From an uncultured Candidatus Rokubacteria bacterium (lineage in GTDB: Bacteria; Methylomirabilota; Methylomirabilia; Rokubacteriales; DASRDR01): a DNA stretch of 64,000 nt. This document shows, piece by piece, positions 45,783 through 54,999 of the stretch. The stretch covers positions 192,001-256,000 of the forward strand of contig CAVPSB010000018.1 in NCBI GenBank assembly GCA_963708025.1. Reading direction: 5' to 3'. The notes under the pieces are model-generated. The model did not search any database. It was not told where the DNA came from and saw only the letters and a program-made list of their open reading frames with translations. Numbering within the stretch: the stretch's first letter is position 1; each line of letters starts with the position of its first letter. The position numbers and the translations under genes are program-made.

Positions 45783-47345
45783 ATGCAGCGATTCGCGACC
45801 CCCGCGCTCCTCCTCGGCCTGATCGGCATCGCCGCCGGCTATGCCTTGCGCTTCTATCGCCCCTCCTGGACGGCCGCCTGGCCGGCGGCGCTGATCGTCG
45901 GCGGCCTGCTGCTCCTGTTCGGGCTCTACGCCAGCTTCCCGAACGCCCGCTCGGTCTGGGGCCGGCGGACGACCCGGTACGGGCTGAACGCCGCGGTCAT
46001 GATCGTCCTCATCTTCGGCGTGATCGCGCTGGTGGAGGCGGTGTCCTATCGCCACAACTGGCGGGTCGACCTCACCGAGAACAAGCGGCAGAGCCTGTCG
46101 CCCCAGACCGCCAAGGTGCTCAAGGAGCTGAAGGCGCCGGTCAAGGCCATCGCGTTCCTGCGGCCCGACATCCCGGGCAAGCGGACGACCGAGGACCGGC
46201 TGAAGCTCTACGCCGCCAACTCGGACGGGAAGTTCTCGTGGGAGACCATCGACGCGGACAGCAACCCGCTCCGGGCGACCCGGTACGGCGTCACGACCTA
46301 CGGCACCATCGTGCTGGAAGCCGAGGTGAAGAAGGGCGAGGTCCGGGAGGAGAAGGTCCAGGACGCGGAAGAGGAGACCCTGACCAACGCGCTGATTCGC
46401 GTGACCCGCGAGGGCAAGCGCGTCGTGTACTTCCTCAAGGGCCACGGCGAGAAGGAGCTGGCCGGCAACGAGCGGAACGGCCTGTCCCAGCTCAAGGCGG
46501 CCCTCGAGAAGGTGAACTACGAGACGAAGGACCTCCTGCTGGCCCGCGAAGCGAAGGTGCCGGACGACGCCGGGATCGTCGTGGTGGCGGGTCCCGAGAA
46601 GGACCTGCTGCCGAACGAGATGGATGCCCTGGCGGGCTACGTCGGCCGGGGCGGCCGACTCTTGCTGATGGCGGATCCCTTCAAGGCCCCGGGACTCGGG
46701 GGGCTGGTCGAGCGCTACGGCATCGGGCTCGACAACGACGTGATCATCGACGTGAGCGGGCTGGGCCAGATGTTCAACACCGGCCCCGAGGTCCCCATCG
46801 TCGCCGACTACCCGGCGCACCCCGTCACCCAGGGGTTCCGCCTGATCACGGCGTTCCCGGTCGCCCGCAGCATCACCGTGAAGGAGAAGCCGGCGGAGGG
46901 GGTCACGGCACAGGTCCTGGCACGGACGAGCCCGGAGAGCTGGGGCGAGACCAACCAGGAGCAGATCAAGACGGGGCAGGTGAAGCCGGATCCCGGCGAG
47001 ACGAGGGGCCCGCTGGCGGTCGCCGCCGCCGCCACCGTCAACGTCAAGGCCACGCACGCGGACCAGAAGGGCGCGAAGGCGCGGCTGGTCGTCGTCGGCG
47101 ACTCGGACTTCGCCTCGAACCTAGCCTTCAACGCCCAGGGCAACCGGGACTTCGTCCTCAACATCCTGGCCTGGCTGGCCGGCGAGGAGAACGTGATCTC
47201 GATCCGGCCCAAGGACGCGCGCAACTCTCCGGTCTTCCTCACCGCCACCCAGGGCTACGTCCTCTTCTGGCTGCCGGTCGTCGTGCTGCCGATCGCGATG
47301 ATCGTGGCCGGCGTGGTGGCGGTCGCGCAGAAGCGGGGCAAGTAG
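45783..47345 (+). CDS. GldG-family ABC auxiliary protein
   Basis: DLTENK..SLS, VYFLKGHGE, VVVGDSDF, NRDFVLN; C-terminal TM. Confidence 0.88.
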   Translation: MQRFATPALLLGLIGIAAGYALRFYRPSWTAAWPAALIVGGLLLLFGLYASFPNARSVWGRRTTRYGLNAAVMIVLIFGVIALVEAVSYRHNWRVDLTENKRQSLSPQTAKVLKELKAPVKAIAFLRPDIPGKRTTEDRLKLYAANSDGKFSWETIDADSNPLRATRYGVTTYGTIVLEAEVKKGEVREEKVQDAEEETLTNALIRVTREGKRVVYFLKGHGEKELAGNERNGLSQLKAALEKVNYETKDLLLAREAKVPDDAGIVVVAGPEKDLLPNEMDALAGYVGRGGRLLLMADPFKAPGLGGLVERYGIGLDNDVIIDVSGLGQMFNTGPEVPIVADYPAHPVTQGFRLITAFPVARSITVKEKPAEGVTAQVLARTSPESWGETNQEQIKTGQVKPDPGETRGPLAVAAAATVNVKATHADQKGAKARLVVVGDSDFASNLAFNAQGNRDFVLNILAWLAGEENVISIRPKDARNSPVFLTATQGYVLFWLPVVVLPIAMIVAGVVAVAQKRGK

Positions 47346-47351
47346 GCGGTC

Positions 47352-49115
47352 ATGCGCTGGAAGACGAACGCCGTCCTGGCGGTCCTCCTGATCGGGCTGG
47401 CGACCTTCTTCTACGTGTACGAGGTCCGGCAGGGGCCGGCCCGGGAGAAGGCCACCACCGACAAGGATCGGGTCTGGAAGAGCGTCGAGGCGAAGGACAT
47501 CGAGGAGGTGGCCATCACCCGGAAGGGTGAGACCGTCCAGCTCAAGAAGTCCGGGGAGGCCTGGACGCTGGAGTCCCCGGTCCAGAGCCGGGCCGAGTCC
47601 CAGCCGGTCCAGGACCTGCTGACCTCCCTGGCCACGCTGCGGATCGAGCGGGAGCTCGACCCGAACGCCGGGAAGCTGTCCGATTACGGCCTCGAAGCCC
47701 CGGCCGCCGACGTCGCCTTCAGCGCCAAGGGCGAGAAGCACCGGGTCTGGCTCGGCGCGAAGACCCCGACCGGCACCTGGGTGTACGCCCGGCTGGATGA
47801 CAAGCCCGCCGTCGTCCTGGTCCCCGACTCGCTGCTCCGGGACGCCGAGAAGCCGGTGGCCGACTTCCGGGACCGGACCGTGATCGCCTTCGAGCGGAAG
47901 GACGTCAAGGGGCTCGAGATCAAGACGCCGGGCGGCCCGAGCGTGGCGGCCCAGCTCAAGGGCGACCAGTGGGCGCTGACCAGCCCGCTGGCGGTGGCCG
48001 CCGACCGGGACCAGATCTCCTCGCTCCTCGACAAGGTGAAGGCCGCCAAGATCAAGGAGTTCGTGACCGAGCCGCCGCCGAAGACCCCGGATCCCTACGG
48101 CCTCGAGCGCCCGCTGGCGGTGACCTTGTGGCTCGGGGAAGAGAAGGACCGCGCGGCCCGGACCCTCCGGCTCGGCAAGGCGATCCCCGACAAGAAGGTG
48201 GTCTACGCCCAGCGCGAGGGCGACCCGACCGTCTTCACCGTGGAAGACGCGCTGGTGCAGGCGGTGCCGACCTCCGCCACCGCGCTCCGGGACAAGACGG
48301 TCTTCACCTACGACCGGGGGAAGCTCGAGCGGTTCGAGCTGGAGAGCCCGAAGGGGAAGGTCGCCGCGACGATCGAGGGCGGCGCCTGGAAGCTCACCGC
48401 CCCGGCCCCGCTCAAGGCCGACGAGTCCACGATCAACGAGCTGCTCGGGAAGGTCCGCGACCTCCGGGCCAAGGACTTCGTCGCCGAGGACGCCAAGGCC
48501 CTGGCCCGCTACGGTCTGGATCACCCCCAGGTTCGGCTCTCGGTGTGGGAGAAGGACGCCAAGGAGCCGAAGAGCCTCCTGCTGGCGCCGGGCAAGGAGA
48601 AGGACCAGGCCTACGCGACGACCTCCACCGGGGGCGTGGTCGTGGCGGTGGACGCCAAGGCTCTCGCGGACCTGTCGCGCTCGCCCCAGGACCTGCGCGA
48701 CCACTCGCTCTTCGCCGGCTTCGACCCCGGCGACGTCGCCAAGGTCGCCATCCAGCGGAAGGACCAGACGCTGGTCCTGGAGCGCACGGGTCCGGAGGAC
48801 TGGAAGCTCGTGGCCCCCAAGAGCGGCAAGGCGCGCGGCCAGAAGGTGAGCGACCTCCTCTGGACCCTGCGGAGCCTCCGGTGGCGCGACCTCGTCGCGG
48901 AGCAGGGCTGGGAGCCGGCCCGCTACGGCCTGGACGCCCCGGCGGCGACGATCACGCTCACCGGCAAGGACGGCAAGACGATCGGGGCGCTTGCCATCGG
49001 CGGTCGCGACAAGGGTGACGCCTACGTCCGGCTGCCCGACCAGCCCGCGCTCTACGCGGTCGAGTCCCGGACCCTGGGCGAGCTGCCCGCCACCCCCGAA
49101 GACCTGCTCCTCTGA
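47352..49115 (+). CDS. DUF4340-domain protein (three repeats)
   Basis: N-terminal anchor; repeated YGLxxP and (F/L)RD units; typical position after GldG. Confidence 0.85.
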   Translation: MRWKTNAVLAVLLIGLATFFYVYEVRQGPAREKATTDKDRVWKSVEAKDIEEVAITRKGETVQLKKSGEAWTLESPVQSRAESQPVQDLLTSLATLRIERELDPNAGKLSDYGLEAPAADVAFSAKGEKHRVWLGAKTPTGTWVYARLDDKPAVVLVPDSLLRDAEKPVADFRDRTVIAFERKDVKGLEIKTPGGPSVAAQLKGDQWALTSPLAVAADRDQISSLLDKVKAAKIKEFVTEPPPKTPDPYGLERPLAVTLWLGEEKDRAARTLRLGKAIPDKKVVYAQREGDPTVFTVEDALVQAVPTSATALRDKTVFTYDRGKLERFELESPKGKVAATIEGGAWKLTAPAPLKADESTINELLGKVRDLRAKDFVAEDAKALARYGLDHPQVRLSVWEKDAKEPKSLLLAPGKEKDQAYATTSTGGVVVAVDAKALADLSRSPQDLRDHSLFAGFDPGDVAKVAIQRKDQTLVLERTGPEDWKLVAPKSGKARGQKVSDLLWTLRSLRWRDLVAEQGWEPARYGLDAPAATITLTGKDGKTIGALAIGGRDKGDAYVRLPDQPALYAVESRTLGELPATPEDLLL

Positions 49116-49120
49116 GATTT

Positions 49121-49272
49121 TCGGGACCTCCCGCCCACCCGATCCTTCGACGGCCTTCGGCCTTTGGCCCCCCTCCCGTCTGACCGGATCGCCGGGACGG
49201 CTCGGGCCTGCGGCCCTCGCGGCGTCCCGCCCTCCGGCGGCCACTGGGGGGAGGGGGGAGCCGGAGGTCCCC
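49121..49272 (+). repeat. Palindromic repeat family B copy (expanded)
   Basis: GGGACCTCC 49123-49131 pairs with GGAGGTCCC 49263-49271; nested GGCCTTCGGCC module at 49146-49167. Confidence 0.8.
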
Positions 49273-49342
49273 ATGGCTTCGCACCCCTTCGTCCTGGACT
49301 CCGTGGGGAGAGCCCCGTGAAGGACTCGCGGCAGGGCCCGAG

Positions 49343-50020
49343 ATGAACGCGTCCGACGGCTCGTCGCTCTACGTCAGGCAGCTGGAGCTGGGGCCGATGC
49401 AGAACTTCGTCTACCTGGTCGGGGACCGCACGGCCGGGGAGTGCGTGGTCGTGGACCCCGCCTGGGAGATCGACGCCATCCTCGGCGCCGCCGAGGCCGA
49501 CGGCATGCGCATCACCGGCGCCCTCGTCACCCACGCCCACCCCGACCACGTCGGCGGGGACCTCTTCGGCATGGACATCCCGGGCGTGGCGGATCTGCTC
49601 GAGCGCGCCCCGGCCCGGGTCTACGCCAACGCGGCCGAGTGCCAGTTCCTGCCCGGCTTCGGGTCGGACCTCGTCCCGGTCGAGGCCGGCGCCGAGCTGA
49701 CCATCGGGCGGCTTCACCTCACGTTCATCCACACCCCGGGCCACACGCCCGGCTCCCAGTGCTTCTACGTCGACGGCCGCCTGATCTCCGGGGACACGCT
49801 GTTCATCGGCGGCTGCGGGCGGACCGACCTGCCGGGTGGAGATCCCGCCGAGATGCACCGGAGCCTGACCCAGCGCCTGGCCAAGCTGCCCGACGACACC
49901 GTGCTGCTCCCCGGCCACAACTACGGCGGCCCGTCCTCCACCATCGGCGACGAGAAGCGCCAGAACCCTTTCATGCGCGTCGAGCTGAGCGACTTCCTCC
50001 GCGCCATGGGCCGCGGCTGA
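49343..50020 (+). CDS. MBL-fold metallohydrolase (glyoxalase II-like)
   Basis: THAHPDHVGG, HTPGHTPG, SGDTLF..GCGRTD, PGH. Confidence 0.92.
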   Translation: MNASDGSSLYVRQLELGPMQNFVYLVGDRTAGECVVVDPAWEIDAILGAAEADGMRITGALVTHAHPDHVGGDLFGMDIPGVADLLERAPARVYANAAECQFLPGFGSDLVPVEAGAELTIGRLHLTFIHTPGHTPGSQCFYVDGRLISGDTLFIGGCGRTDLPGGDPAEMHRSLTQRLAKLPDDTVLLPGHNYGGPSSTIGDEKRQNPFMRVELSDFLRAMGRG

Positions 50021-50024
50021 AACC

Positions 50025-50046
50025 TTCGGGGGACTGGTCCCCCGAA
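50025..50046. terminator. Hairpin after the MBL gene, possible terminator
   Basis: TTCGGGGGAC-tg-GTCCCCCGAA perfect 10-bp stem; no clear U-tract. Confidence 0.4.
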
Positions 50047-50164
50047 TAGGCGGAGCGATCCGGGACTTCCGCACCGCGGTGCTGAAGCAGATCGAGCAGA
50101 TCGCCCGGGTCGAGATCGAGCAGCTCGGCCCCGGCTGACGGGCCGGCCGGGCCGGCCGAACCGG

Positions 50165-50809
50165 TCAGGCCGTGGCGATGCCGCCCCGCTCGATCACGTA
50201 GACGTGGTCGAGGACGCGGCCGAGCAGCTTGGCGTCGGACTCTGCTACCAGCGCCGAGACGCCGAGCCGCCGCGCGTCGGCGACCACCTCGGCAATCCGC
50301 TCCGCCAGCGCCGGGGCCACGCCCTCCAGGGGCTCGTCGAGCAGGAGGAGCCGCCTACCGCAGATGAGCGCGCGGGCCAGGGCCACGATCTTCTGCTGGC
50401 CGCCGGAGAGCTGGGACGCCCGGCGCCGGGCCAGCGGCACCAGCTCCGGGATGACCCCGTACGTGCGCTGGAGACGGTCGGCGGTCTCGGCCGAGCGCGT
50501 CGCCCACGCCGGCACCAGGATGTTGTCCTCGACGGTCAGCTCGGGGACGAGCCGGCGGTCCTCGGGCATGTACCCGATGCCGAGGTGGGCGCGCCGAAAC
50601 GGAGGGCTCGCCCGGAGGTCGATACTCTCGAAGCGCATGGATCCCGAGCGGACCGGCAGGGCGCCCATGATGGTGCGGAGGAGCGTGGTCTTGCCGGCGC
50701 CGTTCCGGCCGATGACCCCGCATAGCGACCCGGCCGGCACCCGGAGAGAGACGCCCCGCAGGATGGGCGAGCCCGCCAGGCCGACCTCCAGATCCTCGAC
50801 CTCAAGCAC
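50165..50809 (-). CDS. Branched-chain amino acid-type ABC ATP-binding protein (LivF-like)
   Basis: GRNGAGKTT, GYMPEDRR, LSGGQQK, LLDEP. Confidence 0.9.
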   Translation of the reverse strand: MLEVEDLEVGLAGSPILRGVSLRVPAGSLCGVIGRNGAGKTTLLRTIMGALPVRSGSMRFESIDLRASPPFRRAHLGIGYMPEDRRLVPELTVEDNILVPAWATRSAETADRLQRTYGVIPELVPLARRRASQLSGGQQKIVALARALICGRRLLLLDEPLEGVAPALAERIAEVVADARRLGVSALVAESDAKLLGRVLDHVYVIERGGIATA

Positions 50810-51617
50810 CGCCGGGTCCGCCCCCCGCCGGCGTCGCCGGCACCGCCCGGCCGGCGCGATCGGCCCGGCGGCCGATCACGTGCTCGCGGATCTTCGGATC
50901 GGCGAGGACGACCCCGGTCGGGCCGTCGGCCAGGATCCGGCCCTCGTGGAAGGCGAGGACGCGCGTGCCGTAGCGCTCGACGATGTCGATGTCGTGCTCG
51001 ATGAAGATCACGGTCGCCTGGCGGCGGGCGAGGGCGGCCATCACGATGTCCATCAGCCCGAACTTCTCTTCCGTGCTGATGCCGCTGGTCGGCTCGTCGA
51101 GCAGGAGGAGCGTCGCCGGGCGGGCAGTGGCCATGGCGATGTCGAGCAGCTTGCGGACGCCCTGGGGCACGACGGCGGCCGGGCGGTCGCGATAGTCGGC
51201 GATCTGGTAGGTGGCCAGGAAAGCCTCGCAGGCCGCGCGCCGCGCCGGGGTGTCGAGCGTGGAGAGCGCCGTCCGGCCGGGCTCGGCCAGGCCGTGGGCG
51301 ATCATGAGGTTGTCGAGCACGGACAGGGTCGCGAAGACCTGGGGCACCTGGAAGGAGCGGCACACCCCCAGCCGGGTGACCGCGCGCGGCGGCAGCCCCA
51401 CCAGGTCCCGTCCGCGGAAGCGGATCACGCCGGAGCTGGGCTTCGTGTAGCCGGTGATCATGTTGACGAAGGTCGTCTTGCCGGCGCCGTTGGCGCCGAT
51501 GATGCTGACGACCTCCCCGGCGGCGACCGACACGCTGATGTCCTGGGCCGCCGCCACGCGGCCGAACAGCTTGTTGAGCCCCCGGACTTCCAGAACCGGG
51601 AGGACCGGGGGCGTCAT
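50802..51617 (-). CDS. Branched-chain amino acid-type ABC ATP-binding protein (LivG-like)
   Basis: GANGAGKTT, RSFQ, LLDEPTSG, IEHD; ATG 51617. Confidence 0.9.
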   Translation of the reverse strand: MTPPVLPVLEVRGLNKLFGRVAAAQDISVSVAAGEVVSIIGANGAGKTTFVNMITGYTKPSSGVIRFRGRDLVGLPPRAVTRLGVCRSFQVPQVFATLSVLDNLMIAHGLAEPGRTALSTLDTPARRAACEAFLATYQIADYRDRPAAVVPQGVRKLLDIAMATARPATLLLLDEPTSGISTEEKFGLMDIVMAALARRQATVIFIEHDIDIVERYGTRVLAFHEGRILADGPTGVVLADPKIREHVIGRRADRAGRAVPATPAGGGPGGA

Positions 51618-52555
51618 GCCCCGGCGCGGCCGCGCTCGAACACGGACCAGAGTCCGCCGGGGAGACAGAGGATGATGGCCAGCAGCGCGGCCCCGAGCAG
51701 CATCTGCCAGACCTGGGGGGCGTGCTGCAGGGCCAGGGTCTGGATGAGCCCGAACACGGCGGAGCCGAGGAAGGGCGCCACCACGCTCCCGGTGCCGCTC
51801 AGGATCGCCACGAACACCAGCTCGCCCGAGGTCGTCCAGTAGGCCATCGACGGATCCACGTGTCCGATGGCCAGCGCGGTGAGGGCGCCGCCGGCGCCAG
51901 CCAGCGCGGCGCCGAGCACGTACTGGACGTGGAGCGCCCGGGCGACCGGATAGCCGAGGTACTCGACGCGCACCTCGTTGTCGCGGATCGCGGCGGTAAG
52001 GCGTCCCTGGAGCGTTTGCAGGTACCGGTGGACGCCGAAGCCGGCCCCCAGGGCGGTCGCGGCCGTGAGGGCGTACAGCGCGGTGCGGGTGGCCTCGGCC
52101 GGCAGCCGGTGCCCGAGCCAGGTCGCTCGCTGGATGTTGAAGCCGTCGGTGCTGCCGAGGCTCTCGCTCTTGACCAAGAGACCGTAGAAGAGCATGGAAA
52201 AGGCCAGGCTGAGCATGGCGAAGAAGATCTCGCGGTAGCGGCGCATCAGGAAGCCGAGCAGGCCGGCCAGGAGCGTCGCGGCCGCCGTCCCGAGGAGGAG
52301 CAGAAGCAGCGCGTCGGTCAGCCGCAGCTTCATCCAGGCCAGGCCGACGGCGTAGCCACCCACCGCGAAGAACAGCGCCTGGCCGAACGACACCAGGCCG
52401 GACCGGAACTGGACCATCAGGCCCAGCACGACCAGGCCGCGGGCCAGGGACAGGAGCGCGAGCGACAGCGCCCACGGGGGGAGCGCGAGGGCGGCGGCCG
52501 CCGCCAGGACGGCGGCGCCGGCGGCCAGGGCGGCGGCCGTCCGGCCGGAGGTCAT
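51614..52555 (-). CDS. Branched-chain amino acid-type ABC permease (LivM-like)
   Basis: GLVSFGQA, IFFAMLSLAF, AIRDNE, PGGL. Confidence 0.9.
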   Translation of the reverse strand: MTSGRTAAALAAGAAVLAAAAALALPPWALSLALLSLARGLVVLGLMVQFRSGLVSFGQALFFAVGGYAVGLAWMKLRLTDALLLLLLGTAAATLLAGLLGFLMRRYREIFFAMLSLAFSMLFYGLLVKSESLGSTDGFNIQRATWLGHRLPAEATRTALYALTAATALGAGFGVHRYLQTLQGRLTAAIRDNEVRVEYLGYPVARALHVQYVLGAALAGAGGALTALAIGHVDPSMAYWTTSGELVFVAILSGTGSVVAPFLGSAVFGLIQTLALQHAPQVWQMLLGAALLAIILCLPGGLWSVFERGRAGA

Positions 52556-52562
52556 CTGGCCG

Positions 52563-53459
52563 TCAGATCCGGCGGACCTGGAGCCGGCCGAGAAGCCCGT
52601 AGGGCCGGACCAGCAGCACCAGCGTCATGATGAGGTAGATCGCGAACAGCTCCGCCTGCGGCAAGAGGTGGATGGCGGCGGCCCGGCTGAGCCCGATGAG
52701 GACGGACCCGAGGAGGGCGCCGGGAATCGAGCCCATGCCGCCGACGACGATCACGGCGAAGGAGAGCACGATCGTGTCCACGCCGAGCCCCCGGGACACC
52801 GAGATCATCGGCGCCGTGCAGGCCCCCCCCAGCGCCCCCAGCACGGCGCCGATCACGAAGGTGACCCGGAACAGCCGCCGGACGTCGATCCCGCAGGCCT
52901 CGGCCATCTCGCGGTCGGCGATGACCGTCAGGAGGAGCTTGCCCCACACCGTGCGGGTGAGCCCCCACCAGGCAGCCGCCCCGACGGCCAGGGCCAGGCC
53001 GACCAGCGAGATGTCGTAGTTGTTCACGACCAGCGGACCGACTGTCGTGGTGCCGAGCAGGGCGTACGGCTGCGGCGCCGGCCGCGCCTCCACGCCCCAG
53101 ACGAGCTGGATGGCGTCCTCCAGGATCAGAAACGCGGCGTAGGTGGCCAGCACCACCACGACCTCGTCCCGGCCGTAGAGAAACCGCAGCAAGCCCCCCT
53201 CCAGCACGAGCCCCATCACGATTCCGACCAGGAGCGCCGCGCCGAACAGGAGGGCGAACGACGCGAGCGCCGGGTAACCACGCGCGAACCAGGCGCCCAC
53301 CATGGTTGCCGCCGTGTAGGCGCCCAGCGCGTACAGGCTCCCGTGGGCGACGTTCAGCACCCGCATGACGCCGTAGACGAGCGTCATCCCGACCGCGACG
53401 ATCAGGAGCCACGAGGCGTATATGACGCCGTCGGCGACGATGAAGAGGAGGGTCGCCAT
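52563..53459 (-). CDS. Branched-chain amino acid-type ABC permease (LivH-like)
   Basis: GMTLVYGVMRVLNVAHG, VVGGMGS, RPYGLLG. Confidence 0.9.
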   Translation of the reverse strand: MATLLFIVADGVIYASWLLIVAVGMTLVYGVMRVLNVAHGSLYALGAYTAATMVGAWFARGYPALASFALLFGAALLVGIVMGLVLEGGLLRFLYGRDEVVVVLATYAAFLILEDAIQLVWGVEARPAPQPYALLGTTTVGPLVVNNYDISLVGLALAVGAAAWWGLTRTVWGKLLLTVIADREMAEACGIDVRRLFRVTFVIGAVLGALGGACTAPMISVSRGLGVDTIVLSFAVIVVGGMGSIPGALLGSVLIGLSRAAAIHLLPQAELFAIYLIMTLVLLVRPYGLLGRLQVRRI

Positions 53460-53462
53460 CTA

Positions 53463-53534
53463 TCGGGACCTCCCGCCACCTCCCAATCCCCCCGCCCCTC
53501 CCACCGGGGAAGGGGGGCTAGCAAGACGTCGCGA
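53463..53534 (+). repeat. Palindromic repeat family B copy (decayed)
   Basis: Starts TCGGGACCTCCCGCC; inner C-rich/G-rich stem; outer arm GACGTCGCGA has 2 mismatches. Confidence 0.65.
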
Positions 53535-53551
53535 GATTCCTTGACGGATCG

Positions 53552-54868
53552 TTACTCGCAGCGGGCGCCCTTGAAGCCTCCGGTGATCCAGTCGGCGCTC
53601 TTCGCTCCCTCGGGCGGGAACACGCAGTCGGCGGGGTAGTAGACGACGTCGGTGACCGTCGGCTGGTTCTTGGCGCGGTCGAACTTGTAGATCCCGACCG
53701 CCGACTCGGTGACGCCCTGGTGGCCCTTCGAGCGCGACATCTCCACGGTCGTCCCGAACGCCTCGAACTTGAGCCCCTCCAGCGCCTTCCCGATCTCCTC
53801 GGGCGTCGGCTTGGCGCCGCCCTTGGCCGCCGCGACCTTGTCGGCGGTGGCCTTCAGGGCGAGCAGAGCCTGTCCCATGTGGTAGGCGGTGTAGGGCGGG
53901 GTGATCCCGTGCTTCTTCTCGTAGGTGCCGCGGAACCAGTTCCCGAGCGGCGTCGGCCGGGCGAAGGCGCTGTACGGGCCGCGGTCGGCGATGATGACCC
54001 CGTCGGGCAGCTTGTCGCCCAGCCGGAAGATGCTGCCGGCCCCGGCCGTCATGGCCATCACCATCTGCTGGTGGAGGCCCCGCGGGACCATCTGGAAGAC
54101 GAAGGCCTCGAAGTCGCCCCCGGCGAAGGCCGTGTGGAGGAGCTGGGGCTTCTTGGCCAGCAGGACGGAGATCTCCGAGCCGTACTGGCCGCCGCCGAAC
54201 GTGGTGAACTGCTCGTTGACCGCCTCCACGTCCGGCTTCAAGGCCTGGAGCGACAAGCGGAAGTCGCGCCAGGCGTCCTGCCCGTACGCGGTGTTCCAGT
54301 TCAGCCCGGCGAAGGTCTTCACGTTGGGCATCCGCTTGAGCAGGTAGCGGGCCATCGCCACGCTGTCCGGCGTCAGGTGAGCGGACGTCCGGTACACGTA
54401 CCGGTACTCGCCGTCCTCGAAGATCCGCGGGGTACTGCAGGTCGAGAAGAAAGTGAGCATCTTCAGCTCGTCGGCCACCGGCGCCACCGCGATGCAGTTG
54501 CCGGCCACCAGGTAGCCGATGACGACGTCCACGTCCCTCCGCTCGGCCAGGCCGCGGAACTCGGTGACCTGCTTGCTGGTGGGCGTGGCCTCGTCGATGA
54601 CGACCAGCTCGACCTGGCGGCCGGCCACGCCCTTGCTGCCGTACGGCGCGGGCAGCGTCCCGCCGTTGATCGCCTCGGCGACCATCTCGGCGCCGTGCCG
54701 GGCCGGCACGCCGATGGAGGCGGCGAACGGCCCCGACAGGAGGGTGACGACTCCCACCCGGAACTTCTCCTGGGCCCCGGCCGGTCGGGCGGCCACGCCG
54801 GCCAGGCCGGCAGCGATCAGGAGCGCGGCGGTCGCGAGCCGCCAGTGACGCCGTGGTGTCGTTCGCAT
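53552..54868 (-). CDS. ABC transporter substrate-binding protein (LivK/PBP1 type)
   Basis: Signal peptide; VGVVTLLSGPFA, INGG...GRQVELVVIDE; heads the Liv-like operon. Confidence 0.9.
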   Translation of the reverse strand: MRTTPRRHWRLATAALLIAAGLAGVAARPAGAQEKFRVGVVTLLSGPFAASIGVPARHGAEMVAEAINGGTLPAPYGSKGVAGRQVELVVIDEATPTSKQVTEFRGLAERRDVDVVIGYLVAGNCIAVAPVADELKMLTFFSTCSTPRIFEDGEYRYVYRTSAHLTPDSVAMARYLLKRMPNVKTFAGLNWNTAYGQDAWRDFRLSLQALKPDVEAVNEQFTTFGGGQYGSEISVLLAKKPQLLHTAFAGGDFEAFVFQMVPRGLHQQMVMAMTAGAGSIFRLGDKLPDGVIIADRGPYSAFARPTPLGNWFRGTYEKKHGITPPYTAYHMGQALLALKATADKVAAAKGGAKPTPEEIGKALEGLKFEAFGTTVEMSRSKGHQGVTESAVGIYKFDRAKNQPTVTDVVYYPADCVFPPEGAKSADWITGGFKGARCE

Positions 54869-54999
54869 GGCGCAATCCCTCCTCGACGCCCGGGTCGAGT
54901 CGTCGGTGGTTGGTCGAGTCCCGTGGGCCCTCATCTACGCGGGTCCGACTTCGCTGTCAAGGTCGGGTTTCGGCGGTCGGCCTCCGGTGGGCGACGGCG

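Noticed and set aside
16994-49167. CRISPR array from the recurring GGCCGAAGGCC motif
   Set aside because: Copies are dispersed, not regularly spaced with unique spacers, and no cas genes are present.
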